From Octopus sinensis (Eukaryota): DNA of 64,000 nucleotides. This document shows, one piece after another, positions 25,988-40,222 of the stretch. Location: contig NC_043007.1 in assembly GCF_006345805.1 (NCBI RefSeq), positions 6,758,001-6,822,000 of the forward strand. The letters are read 5' to 3'. The stretch's first letter is position 1. The number at the start of each line of letters is the position of its first letter. A program made the translations under genes and the position numbers. Under the pieces are notes generated by a model, which saw only the letters and a list, made by a program, of their open reading frames with translations, was not told the origin of the DNA and ran no database searches.

Positions 25988-26263
25988 ATAATTCATATTC
26001 ACATAAAGAAAAAAAGAGAAAATGGAGATTGGGAAGTTACTAGTTGATTATTATTAACAGCAAATTAATGATCTTCACTTACAGCTGTTTCAGTTAATAC
26101 TCAGTAAATATTAAGTAAATATTAAATTTATATTTATATGACCTGAGTCTTGGATGCTTTGTGTGTTTACGGATTCTTTAGCCTGCTGTGAATAATAAAC
26201 AATTATTAACATCTCAATCTCCATTCTCTGTTTCTTCTTTTATATGTATAACATATATAATTA
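25988..26263. repeat. older diverged inverted repeat enclosing a half-hammerhead
   Basis: Arms about 25988-26061 and 26184-26263 share AATGGAGATTG..GTTA.TA.TTG.TTATTATT.ACAGC. The minus strand of 26080-26091 reads GAAACAGCTGTA. Confidence 0.6.
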
Positions 26264-26307
26264 TTGTGCATATATATATATATATTATATATATATATAT
26301 ATTATAT

Positions 26308-26344
<37 letters not shown>

Positions 26345-27091
26345 GTATAATAACACTGAGAAATATACACAAATACTGCAAATTCATTTATATCTACTTA
26401 ACGATATATATAAATAAATCAGAGAGTGAGAGAGAGAAGAAGAAAGATTGAGAGAGAAGGGGGAACCAGAATGTAAGAAAGATGAGAGACGTCCGATCTG
26501 TTTTGCTTTTTTCAGAATTTCAATGGTTAAAGCGTTTGGCACGAACATGAGATATATCTTATCTACATTTGTTAAGTTTCTATCCTTATATCTTAAAATT
26601 GGTAATGTTGACGTATGCAACAAACAGTTTCGTTGCGATGTAAAAACCATTAGGTTCTAATTAGAAGAAAGGATACGTAAACAATATTTTTCATATCATA
26701 TGTATTAATATTTATCCTGTTTATCATTTTATTCGAAATGTTAGAATTTTTAGAGAGACTGGAACTATATGTCTTTGATTTACTTTCGTGTAAATTTCGA
26801 GATTAGAATGATTATGAACAGAAAACTAATAGAGATTCTCAGACTTCGCCGAGAAATCGGAAGTTGGCATAACACCAATTGTGTTGATCCGAAACTGAAG
26901 AAATCTATTTTAGATTTGACTATCACTTTAATAATTGACTTCTTTGAAATTCCACCACTCCTGCATCAGGTTATCTTTCTCCAGTTTCATTCGTTTGGAA
27001 TCAGACGTAAACATACCGGACAAACAGACAAGCTGACAAAGCACTGCCTCACACATACACATGTGCCAATTCATGCACATAAATACATACA

Positions 27092-27126
<35 letters not shown>

Positions 27127-28461
27127 GTATAAATAAGATTTTAATGTCTATATGTATCTTTTATATGTAGGACCGTAGCAACATCTGATTTGTATGTTTT
27201 CGCTGCTATTTGCCGTTTCATGCCTTAAAAGTGAGGGAACAACCACCATGTTAGCGAGTGATGATTCTTTGGCAATTTGAGATTTTCTGCATCCTCATTT
27301 AGTGGGGTGCAAGGGAAAAAAAGCTAAGACGCACAATTCGAATATTGGAAATTTTAATTTAGTGGAACTAAAATGCAATACGATGAAAATGTTTGCACAG
27401 TTGCTTAGTGATATGAAATATATTGTATGTTAATAAATGATTTCATAGAAATTTGCCATTAAAAATTATGGTATATCGTTAAAATGTTTTGTTTTTGTCA
27501 TCATTCTATAAAATTCAATTATAATATGCAGAATATTGGAATATTTACGGAGTAATATTTGCGTTAGTCTGCGTTGGACTGACGTATATTTGATATTTTT
27601 GTAAATTGCTCAATGTTACGCACATCTAAACTTATTGATTTTGGAGGAAGCTTTTAGTGATTGCGGCATAAGAGATACGAGCAACATGGAAGTTTGGTTC
27701 TGAAGGTGATATAATATTTGAATAACCATATGGCAAGGAATACTAATTAGTTTCCGTCTGCGACAAATAGAAATTCTGGCGTTCCGTTGAATTTAGTAGT
27801 GAACAGTTATAATCAGAAAACGAAATTTCAGTTCCTTGTTTCAAATGAAATGGTTTTCTAATTAACTTTCATTTGCTTGTTGGGACGTATTAAGTTCTTC
27901 TATTTCATTCCAAGTTCTTCTATTTCATTCCAAATTTTAATCTATTTTATGCAATAAAACATCCGAAATTAATTCGATAGCTTGCCACAAAATGGAAAAG
28001 AAATGAAAAAACAATGAAAGCAGGTACATTACTTACGGTATCCATTCAATGATCTTCAATTAATTTAACCGTTTCAAATTCGTAAAAAAACGTTTTAAAA
28101 GAAGAAAGTGCGTGAAGGATATCCAACTTACTAGCAATTGTTTTGTTGCATTCAAAAAAAGAAAACGTTTTCAAAACTGCATTTCATCCTAGATTTCAAC
28201 TTAAACGTGTGTGTGTGAGAGAGAGAGATAGATAGATGGATAGATAGAGAGAGAGAGACAGACAGAAAGACAGACAGACAGACAGAAGCATTACTTTATC
28301 GACAAGAATGTCATATATTGTTGTATACCTCTGCTCACAATGCGCCTCCATGCATAATTTTAGCTTTCGAATGATACCACTCTGCTGACGAGGTGGTCAG
28401 ACGAAAATTCCCCTTGAATGGATTGCCAATCTGTTGTGTCTAACTCTGATTCGCTTTTCTC

Positions 28462-28512
<51 letters not shown>

Positions 28513-30034
28513 CTTTAAACATAGTTTTCTCTACGTAAAAATTTCAAATTACACTTAATTTTGTTTTTAAACCCACTGCGTCTTTGATCGTCCTCCAAAA
28601 TATAAGCATCATATCGGACTCCACAGAACAGATGTAAGATGAAAGACTTTCCGTCTAGGATCACCTCATAAACAGAGTACGATGTGATTCAGTAGAATTG
28701 GGCTTACAATATCCAATATATTTTCACTTTATATTTTTATTATTTTCTAATCTATAGAGAGTGATCCATCTGATAGTTCTGACAGTCGAGTTTCTTAGAT
28801 GCACAGCAGTCATTTATGTGTATGTGTGTATATGCATGCATGTATGTATATAAATACATATATACATGTATATATCTTAATATGTATGTGTATGTGCGTG
28901 TGTGCGTGTGTGTGTGTATTTGGCTCAGCGAAAATAATGTTGCTTCGAGAGAAATTTACGAAGATAAATCATACAGGGTATTTATTCAGTCATTTTCCAG
29001 GGTTATAGTTTATCAATAAAATGGTAGAGATTTTCTTGCGTTTTTCTTTTAACTGAAGAGGGGTGGTATAATTCTATTTGTTCACATGGCAATCTATGAA
29101 ATTCTCACATTCTCTTGATTTCCTGTAATTCAGATTGATCCCTGGTCCCAGCAAATAAAATTGAAATGGCGTTTCCCAAGATGATCACGAACTCGGAGTT
29201 TGGTCCGAACACACCAAGATGATGCTAAAGAAGGTGTCATTGCATGTGGCAACCCAGATGAGTAGCCTGCTTTCTCGCGATACGAAAATTGTCACACTGT
29301 CAGGCCTTTCGCCACCCCCTCGGCATGGAACCGCTGGCTCAAGCTGGGAAGGGAATCTTGCGGCGTGTAGGCCACGCATTTGACAAATTTTATTCAGTGA
29401 ATAAACAAAGAATGCGACAAAGATATAAAAATATGCTGTATATCCCACTATATCTAGCTACAAGGGGAGAAGACGCTGAAAAATATTGTCTCACCATTTT
29501 TTACGAAAATAAATTGTCATTGCTTATACTTTGTGAAATATTCGGAAACATTTCATTTAAAACAAAACAAAAAAATTTAATATCTGCGAAGGCATTCGTA
29601 CAACCTGTTGATTTGTCACCTACAAAATGCATAACTTATTCAACAATAATTGGAAGAGATATTACCAAACAAAATGATATGTTTGGTTAAGAGTAAGGGA
29701 GCATTGTGTAACTCTAAACAATTAATGAAACATCGCAATGTTTAAAATCGACAATGATATAAGGGATTTATCAAGATAGAATTTCTTTTTATTTAGATCT
29801 CATCTTTAATGTCTCATTTATATTCCTGAACTTTATGTGTTCTTACTGTTCCAACTAATTTTAGATTTAATTGTTAAAAGAATATCTTCCTATCTGCCAT
29901 TGTGATGTTTTAATTGAACTTCATGAAAACCTCTGAAAACAATTTGCCTTTCGCTATAAATTCCTGTAAGAAACACATTTTAACTTTTCTGCATCATTTT
30001 AGGCTTTCCTAATAAATCTGTAATCTTAATTTTT

Positions 30035-30344
30035 ATTTATTTATGCGCCCTTTTCAAGCGTAGCCAGGCTCATGGGCCCGGTTTCCCGGTTTCTGTGGCG
30101 TATGTGTTCCCCCCAGCTGGACGGGACGCCAGTCCATCGCAGCGTTACTCAAGAAACAGGAAGAGAGAGTGAGAAAAAGTTGTGACGAAAGAGTACAAGA
30201 GGGGTCGCTACCACTCCCTGCCGGAGGCTCGGGAGCTTTAGGTGTTTTCGCCCAATAAGCACACAACGCCCGGTCTGGGAATCGAAACCGCGATCCCCCG
30301 ACCGCGAGTCCGCTGCCCTAACCACTGGGCCATTGCGCCTCCAC
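30035..30344 (-). mobile_element. tRNA-derived SINE (GTGGAGGCGCAATGGCCCAGTGG head family)
   Basis: A-box TGGCCCAGTGG and B-box-like GGTTTCGATTCCC; homologous to the copies at 48451 and 55537-55887. Confidence 0.85.
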
Positions 30345-32201
30345 AATATCTTCTAAAGTTTCCAGTTAGTTCGGCAATTCTGTATATCGGCTGAAGGAAA
30401 AGAGGTCTCTGAATGCCTTTCTGAAGCAGACCACAGTCAAGAAATACATCGTGCAAAATGTCTCCCACTCGTCTTAAAGTAGTTAGAAGTTTAGGTAAGG
30501 CATTCTGAGAAGTGAGTTGCAAATGGAATAATATATGGAAGAGTATTAACGCCTAAAATACTTTTGGTCATAATTAGCTTGTTTCGTGTTCGCGTTGGTG
30601 TGCGGATGAGGCTACGTGAACGTGGATCTGCATTGAGTTCTTATATTAGCCTTTTTTCTTCTGCCACTGACTGAGCAATTCATCTTCCCATGACGCGCTT
30701 GAGGATTTCCTTGTATTCCTTCAGAAAACATCACCATTCTCTCATTCACCGTCTCATTGGCTTTTGCATTATACGTCTATTCCTTTTATGTATTTATATA
30801 CGCATGTACATTTATGTATTTTGCAAACTACAAAGACACGCATGTGCATATGGTGACATAAGGCATACGTTTGTTCATTCAACAGTCTTAGTCGCCAAGA
30901 CAATCGCTCATAACTACAATAAGGGAATTTACTCCCTGCTCCCTATAACTCAATCCCACTTGCGGGTGAAATTACTGCACGCACACACATATAAGTACAC
31001 ACATACACACACATACATACACAGATATGTATATATACATATGCATCTATGAATGTATGTCTATATCCGTATGCATAAGAATTAATAACACATTTTACTT
31101 TTCTCTGTTTTAACCCATTTCTATGTTTTTATCTCATACTCTGTCAGAACTCAACGATTGTAATTCTAAACCAGTCACAGACAAACTGCAGGTCACGTGT
31201 CTATCTGAATGGCTCGACTACAAAATTCATTTTTTTTTTTACGACCTGCCTGGTGATTAGATGATGCGCTCCACTTCTGGCAAAAGTTTTCCCATGCAAC
31301 ACTTTTAGAGTCTAAATTGACACTTTATTTTCATTTTGGAAACCAGCAAGGATGGCTGGTTTCATGAACACTTAGAGAACGCCTGAAGTTGGTGGAATTA
31401 ATGAATGATAGTAAGCTATTCTTAAAGTAAATTTCTGTTGCTGATGCATGCAGCAGAGTGGACATCACTAAAAGTCACCAAAGGCACCAAGTGAAAATAG
31501 TAGTCACCTGAAATGGGAATCTTTCAATCAACTGTAAAGGTGACCCCAGCGGGATTTGAACGCAGAGCGTCAAGAGAACTAATAGCAAGGGAGACATTTG
31601 ATCGAACTCTCTTACAATTCTGTCATTTCGACTGTCATGTGATAGAAATGGCAGCAAAAACTAAAACATATTAATCCTATGACTCCAATTATGACTGCCT
31701 GGTTAAGAGCCACGTGGTTCCAAGTCAACTCTTCATGCATACTAATCATTAGCAAACAGTCCTTCATATTAAGTTCATTAAACTGAACACAACATTTCAT
31801 CTCGCCATGCTATCAGATATAGTAACAATCTGAACTTTATTGCGCAAACTCGAACGATGTCGAAAAAGTTAACACTTTTGATGTGTTTGTACTAATTATA
31901 TTCCGTTATTTCCTCACATCCTTGCACACTCACACACACACATACACATACGCACATACACAAATGCACAAACACACACATTTTTATAAATAAGAAAAGC
32001 GAGAGAAAGAGTGAGAGAGAGAGAACGAATGAAAGAGAATGAGTATGAATACATCGGAGAATCTGTAAAGAAACCGACTTAGTAATCTTATGCGGTAAGA
32101 TCAAAGGAAAAGCAGGAAGCGTTGTGTTAACATTTATTTCATGATTACAACGTCTTGCTTCGTTCCCGAACGTCATTTGTTTTCCAAACGAAAATTGTTA
32201 C

Positions 32202-32308
32202 TTTGGAAAATGCGCGAAAGCCAAACACGCAAAAAAAAAAACAAATTTGTGCTTCCAAATCAGAGAACCAGTGCAAATTGCTGCCATGTCTTCAGGCGAC
32301 TCTTTTAC
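32202..32308 (-). CDS. candidate first coding exon, signal-peptide-like (MAAICTGSLIWKHKFVFFFACLAFAHFP)
   Basis: ctctcttttcctccctctcag|GTAAAAGAG...GACATGG; ATG at 32287, a basic then hydrophobic stretch, and a donor AAA|GTAACA. No homology recognised. Confidence 0.25.
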
Positions 32309-33330
32309 CTGAGAGGGAGGAAAAGAGATAGAGAGAGAGAAAGAGGCGAATCTCCTCCTCGTAGCGGCTTCCAATTATTACGCAATGGTCGAGGAAGTTG
32401 TTTGTGAAAGATAAAAATCAATTGAAATATCTCATTCAGATTTTTATTTATTGCTCTATACTCTCGACGCTGCTCTTATTCAGAAATACGGTCCAACACT
32501 TGATATTTATCTTTATATTGTTCACAGATAACCTTTCAACACGGTGATTATAACTTCAATAAAACTAAGTTGATTGTAGTCAATCTTTGTATAAGATTTC
32601 CTCTTCAAGCAATTTCATTTATTCAAGAAATGTTTGTTGTTTGTTTTGCTGCTTGTTCTTTTCTCGAATGTTTCCTTTTTTTCTGTTTCTTCTCCGCAAC
32701 ACTGTTGTTTGCTTTTTCTTTTAATTACTCCAGAAGTATTTTCACGTCTATATTAGGAGATTGAAAGGGAACTCTATTATACTGCGTCGGGGGTCAACAT
32801 AGATTGACATAGACTAAGTTCTCATTTCACCTTCTGACTAATTAATTTAATCGAACGAGTTAAGTGTACTTTTAGCAAGTAACGTTAGTGTCGAATAAAT
32901 CATGTGCTCCTTTCTCTACAAGCATTTTATCATTCCGTAAAAGTAGATTCCATGGGATTTCTCTTCCTATCACATTTAGCGCTAATAAGAAAATGGAATA
33001 CACGTTTCGTACTCGACAGTAAAGAAGCAATGGAAATTAAATTTGCCTTTAATCATTTACAGCAATCAGCTGTTAACTAATTAGTTTTTTTTGTTTTTTT
33101 GTGATAACCAAATTTATAAGCATTGATTATATTATTATCTTCAAGAAGTATATTTTGTAAATCCTTGAATAATGACACTGGATTTATTTGTGCCGTTCTT
33201 TGCAAAATATTTCAAATAATATTCCTTGCTTTTGAAAATAAGTCCGATTAGTTTTGACTTCGACGTTGTTCAGGTTTCTAAATTATTCAATGACAATCAA
33301 TATCTGCATTTCATTATCTTGTGAAAACTT

Positions 33331-33372
<42 letters not shown>

Positions 33373-34303
33373 GTGTGTGTGTGTGTGGTGGGGGGTGTCT
33401 GTGCACCGCGAACATATTTAGTATCATAATATTGTATGCCTCAGCGGTATAAAGTAGCTACTACATATAAAATGTTTCTGCAGTCGTACAATATATTAAA
33501 TGTGTCCGCAGCATATATTTATTGGAATTTGAGAAGGAATCACCATCGTTTAGTAACAAAGTAAACCATATACCATCTGGTAGGTTTAGATTTGTTAAAT
33601 AAGGGACCATATTTAGGTAATTTTCCGTGTAGTGTGCAAGAAAAGTCAGCTTTTTTCTGTCAAAAACTGGGCATTTATAGCAAAAGAAAAAAAAACAATT
33701 CTGAATAATTTCAGAGAGTTTCTATATATGTGGGAACACTTATTCTGCCGCGGTTATAAGGTTCAAGTTAATATAAATGGTTTATTAATTTATTTTTGAA
33801 GACGTGCAACCGACACAATGTCGTTGATGACATTCAAATATCACAATTTCTCAATGAAACGGATTTTACGAAAAAACTATTAATCTATACTAAATCGTAC
33901 AGAGGAGATCCTAACATTTCATTCTTAATGGTTGATATTTACTTAAAGTCACCTTTAGTAGATAGACACTTGTACCACTTAAAACTTACAAAATTATCAA
34001 CAATGATTCTAATGTTCACACAGTTTTCACGTACATATCAGCAAGGCTTATATTTTACCTGGGTTTATACAAAGAATACCGTTTGGTAATCTCACTGAAA
34101 ACCTTACGTTTTCAATGGAAATCAGAAACGTTGACATTTCAAAGTGTCTTCAGAACAATGCCATCTTTTTATTTGATTAATTATTCCTAATACTCATTGA
34201 CATTTAGAAAGTAAGTGTGACAAAACAATCTTCACTCAGCAAGTATTTATAAATGTATGTGCATGTGTTTGTGCGTACGCATACAGGTGTGTGTATGTGC
34301 GTG

Positions 34304-34346
<43 letters not shown>

Positions 34347-34782
34347 GTGTGTGTATGTGTGTGTGGATCTCGAGAATTCGTTTGACCCAAGTTCGCTCAA
34401 GCAGACATGAGTGAATTTATGTGATGGCTCCACACCTCAGTCGGTTTCAACTGTATTAACACACAAAATGTGGAAGTAAATGAAGTTGCCGACTTTTCTG
34501 CCCCACCCTGCGCGTTCATTCATAAGAGAATGTATCAATGTGAATCTCCAAATAAGGATACGTTGGGTTATAGCTGAACTTAGTTTCTTAAATCTCTTAC
34601 AAAAATGTCTCTTCGTTGCCTTTTCATCTTTGTACAACAATATATAAATATATGTGTGTGTGTCTGTATATGTGCGCGTGTATTTATGTATGTGCACATA
34701 CATACATACATACACTTATATATATATATATGTGTGTGTGTGTATCTATGTATGTATGCATGTATGTATGTACATGTATATA

Positions 34783-35160
34783 GGCGCAAGCTTGGCTATT
34801 TGGTAAGAAGCTTGCTTTCTAACCACATGATTCTGGGTTCCGTCCCACTGCGTGCCATCTTGGACAAGTGCCTTCTACTATAGCCTGGGGTCGACCAAAG
34901 CCATGTGAGTGGATATGGTAGACGAAACTGGAAGAAGCCTGTCATATATATGTATGTATGTATATATCAATATGTATTTGTGTGTCAGTGTTTGTTACCC
35001 CAACATCGCTTGACACCCGATACTGATGTGTTCATATCCCTGTAATGTAGAATAAATACTAGGCGTACTAAGAAGAACTTCTGGGGACGATCTGTTCGAC
35101 TAAAGGCGGTGCTCCAGCATGGCTGCAGTCAAATGACGTGAGCAAGTAAAAGACTAAAAG
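34783..35160 (+). mobile_element. tRNA-derived SINE (GGCGCAGGAGTGGCTGTGTGG family)
   Basis: tRNA-like head, internal TA/TG tract and a CAGTCAAATGAC..AAGTAAAAG tail; homologous to 52954-53355. Confidence 0.85.
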
Positions 35161-35169
35161 AATATAAAA

Positions 35170-35525
35170 AAACAAGAGCTCTCAGAGAGCGCAAACCTCT
35201 ACCAAGGCAAATCCAATGTCCTCTCAACGATTAGCCAGAGATAATTTTTAAACGGGAATATCTGAAATAAACTCGACTGCTCTCACAAATGAGAATACTA
35301 AGAATGAACGCGACCGCTCTCAAAAATTAAGTGAAAAACAAACAGGAAAATTAATTTAGAATCCTTGTGCGATCCCAAAATCTAACCACTTCGTGTCAGT
35401 CACGAAACCAGAAAACCCTGAAAGTTTCATTCAAATCCATCCAGTGGTTCATGAGATCTCTTGTCCACAGACAAACAAACACGATTGAGAACAATACCCC
35501 CGCCTTCGCTTAGGTGAAGGTAGTA
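35170..35525 (+). mobile_element. non-autonomous DNA element, DINE-1/Helentron-associated-like
   Basis: Starts AACAAGAG, has a subterminal CCTC.(G/A)CCAAGG motif and a 3' GC hairpin; second copy at 55903-56272. The class assignment is inference. Confidence 0.55.
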
Positions 35526-36553
35526 AAGAATATATATATAATATACAGGAAGATAAAGAGGAGTGAGAAGCGTTTTTAAACCTTTAAACTCTAGATAAAT
35601 TCGGTAAATATTCAGGAAATAATGCTCTCTTTTCTAGCAATCGAAGAGCTAAAAAGATGAAAACGAAAAAGAATTTCCATATCCTGGAAATTACAATCAG
35701 ATCCTTTATATTTATAATTTATTTATGTAAGGAAACTCCGATTCCAACAAACCCTAGAAAAATGGATGATTGAGGATGCAACTTCTTTCCGTAATAGGTA
35801 TCTTTAATCAGATTTGATCAGCAGGCTAAATAGCAACAACAACAGGACGCAGCATATTATTGAATACTGAATAGGCAGTCTACAGAAACGAAAGAATTCG
35901 TTTTGTATCCACCGAAAATTGTTGTTCTTCCAATATCAGCAAATATTTGACTGGATATCTAGAGGCAAGGCAATAACGTTACTAATATCATTAACAAACA
36001 ATATGATTAGATTAACGAGTATAAATGCTTTTCTGAGACAATCGTAAGACGTTAAAAAATTATTTGAAAAATTATATATTTGCATTCCTTTAATCAAAGG
36101 CTATCGTAGTCTGTTCAGTTATTATAAGCCCACTTTAAGGAATTCATAAATAGTTCCAACTGTAAATATCCGCTTGAAGAAAAAGAAAATAAATATAAAA
36201 CAATCTCTTATAAATATATGTGGTTGTGTTTGTGCGTATACGTGTGCATAAGTGGGTGTCTGTTTATGGCTATCTATTGAAAAGAACCTTCACCTAATAC
36301 TGCATCTAATACTGGTCAAGAGTTGATCAGAAGCTGTAACTCGTACTACACTATTCAGTGGATTATAGTATTTTTGTCTTAAATGGTTGTGGGTAACGTA
36401 CGTTTGTTTTGCCAGAATTTCTAAGATAAACGCCATCTTAGAGCAACTGATAGTAGTTAGAACTTATGTGAAACGTTGACAATATAGGTGTCGCTGTGGT
36501 TATTTTCTAAAATCGATACATAGCCATACCTTCAAGACGAGGTCTGGGAAATA

Positions 36554-36594
<41 letters not shown>

Positions 36595-36871
36595 CGTGCG
36601 CACGTGCGTACTTTTTTTATTGTAGCTACAAAATTATCACGGAACTGTTATCACAACTGTCCGACGAACGGGAGTCTGAAATCACGAGTAAAATTTCTGT
36701 GTGTGTGTATGTGTGTGTGTGTGTGTGTCTACATCTATTTAGGGTATTTAGGAAATTACTTGATAAGATTATGAAACCTGTTAGAGAGTAGAACGGTGCT
36801 AACCGTTAGGAAGGAATTTCGCAAATTGTGTGTAGGCTTTATGAAAAAATTATTTCTCTAAACACACACAC

Positions 36872-36934
<63 letters not shown>

Positions 36935-37192
36935 ACACACACACACATATATATATATGTATATATATATATATGTATGTATGTGTGTATAATGTGCTTT
37001 TGTATGACGTCCTGTCATTTCATAATCTACAGTCCTGTAAGTCCAAGAATTATACAAAATATTCCTCAAATAAAGCAGTTGAACTTATAAAAAATCTTAT
37101 AAGAAATATACCAAGTTAATGTTTGTCACTTAAGATATAAATATTAAGTGAAAGCTTAATTATATTTTGCTTGACTATTTTAAAAATAGTAA

Positions 37193-37400
37193 GGCGGTGA
37201 GCTGATAGAAACGTTGGCACGTCGGGCGAAATGCGTAGCCGTATTTCGTATGACGTTACGTTCTGAGTTCAAATTCCTCTGATGTTGACTTTACCTTTCA
37301 TGTTCGATAAATTAAGTACCAGTTGCGTACTGGGTTCCATGTAATCGACTGATCTCTTCCCCAAACATTTCGGGCTTTGTGCATAGAGCAGAAAATAATA
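37193..37400 (+). mobile_element. tRNA-derived SINE (GGCGGCGAGCTGGCAGAA family)
   Basis: GTTCTGAGTTCAAATTCC B-box region and AAGTACCAGTTG core; homologous to the copies at 45209, 57015, 61305 and 63162. Confidence 0.85.
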
Positions 37401-38814
37401 TTTTTAAAATATTAAAGATTTCATGCTTTGTGCCTAGAGTAGAAAATAATTTTTTTTTTCAATATTGAAGCTAGACGCGTATAATTAAATGCTTTCTCTT
37501 TAAAGATGCATTGAAGCTTTGCAATCCGAAATTTTATTCCAGAGCTCTAAAAAAGTAAATAAAACGGGAGAGGTATAGCTTATTCTGGAGCGACCAATTT
37601 CCGATCGCTGTTTCTTTTCCGACACAAACGAAATTACTAAGTGACCGGACCAACCATGTTATTCAGTTGCTGTCTTCTAGAAATAACAGCGCGATTTCTT
37701 CCAAATCGATCTAAATTTATCATTATAAATTAGCATATATTAATTTATGTAGTCAGAGACAGATTATTCAATGTACAAAATGTTGAAGGTTGCGAATTGT
37801 AAAGTGAATCTTACATAAAATGAAATACGTTGCAACTAAGAGAAAAAAAGCAACGAATAAAAAGTTTATTTATCCGTTTTAGATTTAAAATATGAATACA
37901 TTTCAAATTTAATTTCCGATTCATAGACGCTGGCTTTTGACATCCATAACTGTGGAATGTTCAATTTATATGTAAATAGTTGTATGTGAAAGAATGAGAT
38001 AAATTATATAGATAGTATGAAATTTAATGATACCAATGAATTATCATGCACCTTTTAGTGAATAAAGATATATGCATGATGAGTACTTATGAAATACACA
38101 TTTGACTAAATACGGAATTAATTCGAATTCATTATCGATTTCATTATCAGTACCATGCAATATTAATAAGATGAGTATTAACAGATTGGCACGACCTAAT
38201 AGAAGAGCAGGCAATTAAACGAAAGATTATGCTCTGTTGACTTGAAAAAGAATAGCAAAGTAGTTAATGTAAACCTGGAAATATTATAACTGAAAGAAAC
38301 GCAGGGTTGTCACGGGTGTAATGACGTTGATCATAGGTGGTCTTAATCACGAATGATCCTGGTTTAAACAACAAGGACAAAAATGAATGCAATGAAAGAT
38401 TGTGTAAGCAATCGTGAATTAAAGATGTTTAGGTTCTGCAACAAAATTAAAATCTATTCTTTTAAGTAAACATGGCGACTCATTACATTTCTACTGCAGT
38501 GGTACTTTTAAGCAGATGCGAAAGCAAGTTCGACCAATTGATAGTAACGTAACAATAATTATTTTGGATGTGTCCCAATATATTGAAAAGCAGTTGTAAA
38601 TTTCGTGTTCCCGTGAATAAAATCCTGTCCTAAATATTTTATCTGTTGAACTGATATACGAATATGGTGGTGAGAAATCACCCAGATCCATCTGCAGAAT
38701 AAAAATACCTGGGGACAAACAGAATAAAACCTATTAAAACATCTTCGCAGTGTTTGATTTACGGTTACGTAACACGTGTGCTTCGATTACTATAGCGAAA
38801 TGAATTATTAATTA

Positions 38815-39900
38815 AAATAATAATAATACTAATGAACTTATTGTATACAGTGTTCAGGTGCACCACAACTTGTCAAAAGTGCGTATAAAGCATATGCAGT
38901 AATGTACAGATGTCTGGGAAGTGAACAGTGCATGCGTCAGATACATGTTTGCGTGTGTATGGAAGGGACAAAATCAGGTGTAGTGTTGGCGAATCTCAGG
39001 AAGCATGGAAGTTTTGAAGGATGCAGTGCTCCGACAACTAACAACTGATGCTGGCAGTTTGTTCCATGCTTCACCAAATCTTAGCATAAAAAATGTTTCC
39101 GAAAGTTATGGAAGGAGCTGTGCTGTTTTCTGACTTTGTAAACATGTCCACGGGTGTTAGACAGGTGGAGTTTGAAAAGGTACTCAGACTTATTGTTGGT
39201 AAGATGGTTAATAATTTCATGGGTGTCTGCCAAGTCAGCTACCAGACGTCGGAGTTTCAATGTATCCATGCCCAGGGAAGTAAGGCGTTCAGAATATGGC
39301 AAATGCCTGATGAAGGGTATTCTCTTGGTTGCACGTCGCTGAACGGTTTCCAGACGATTAAAACCGTTGGCAGGATAGGGGTTCCAGACCGGTGATGCAA
39401 ATTCCAGGTGAGGCCGTACCATAGCGGCTCACAAACGACTTAGTAAGTGATGCCAAGACACCCTCAGCCTTCTTGGCAATTTTAGCAATGTGTTTTGTCC
39501 AACGCAAATCGCTGTCGACAATAAAGCCCAGGTCACGTTCACAAGAAGACTTTTTGAGATTAGTGTTGTGGAGGGAGTAAGCAGACGCTGGGTTTTCCTC
39601 CCAAAATGCATGGTGGTACATTTGTCCACAGCCAGCTTGCGTTGCCAGTCCATGATCCACTGCTGCATTGTGTCCAGGTCTGATTGCAATAAAGATCTAT
39701 AGTGTACAGGATCTGACCTCTTTATTTCGAGGTACAGCTTGATGTCATCTGCATATTTCAGCACTATGACATTCTTTAAGTTGGCATCTATGTCATTAAC
39801 ATATGCAACAAATAAAAGAGGGGCAAGAACAGATCTCTGTGGTACACCAGATGTCATCTCAGAGGATGGGGTCCGAATATCGATACATTGAAGACACTAT
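38815..39900 (-). mobile_element. CR1-type LINE, 5'-truncated, frameshifted RT and C-terminus with 3' UTR
   Basis: ORFs TSGVPQRSVLAPLLF...YVND...LKYADDIKL...LQSDLD and VRPHLEFASPVWNP...RLETVQRRATK...LPYSERL; (TAT)n tail at about 38815. Confidence 0.92.
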
Positions 39901-40159
39901 TTCATATCTTCAGATAATTCGGCCCAGAAATAACTTTTGCAGACAACTAACCAAGGCCCATTTCCCGGAGGTCACTCTAAGATTCAGGAGCAGCAAATAC
40001 TAAAATACTATCCAGAAAATCATAACTATATATATATATATATATCACGTGATCACGTGACCGACCAGACCATCAGATGTTGTTACACATCGCTTGTCAC
40101 AATGCGTACGCATTGTTTTAGCCTTCGAATGACGCCACCCTACTGGCTAAGCGAGCAGG

Positions 40160-40222
<63 letters not shown>

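Noticed and set aside
28384-28405. CTGACGA...GAAA motif
   Set aside because: CTGAC pairs with the downstream GTCAG as a simple hairpin; there is no NUH site or stem III.
30350-30522. Protein-like minus-strand ORF (LPKLLTTLRRVGDILHDVF...)
   Set aside because: It runs into a SINE head, has no recognisable domain and only a weak donor.
38491-38718. ORF with an acceptor-like ttttattctgcag|ATG
   Set aside because: No homology and no good donor in a useful phase.
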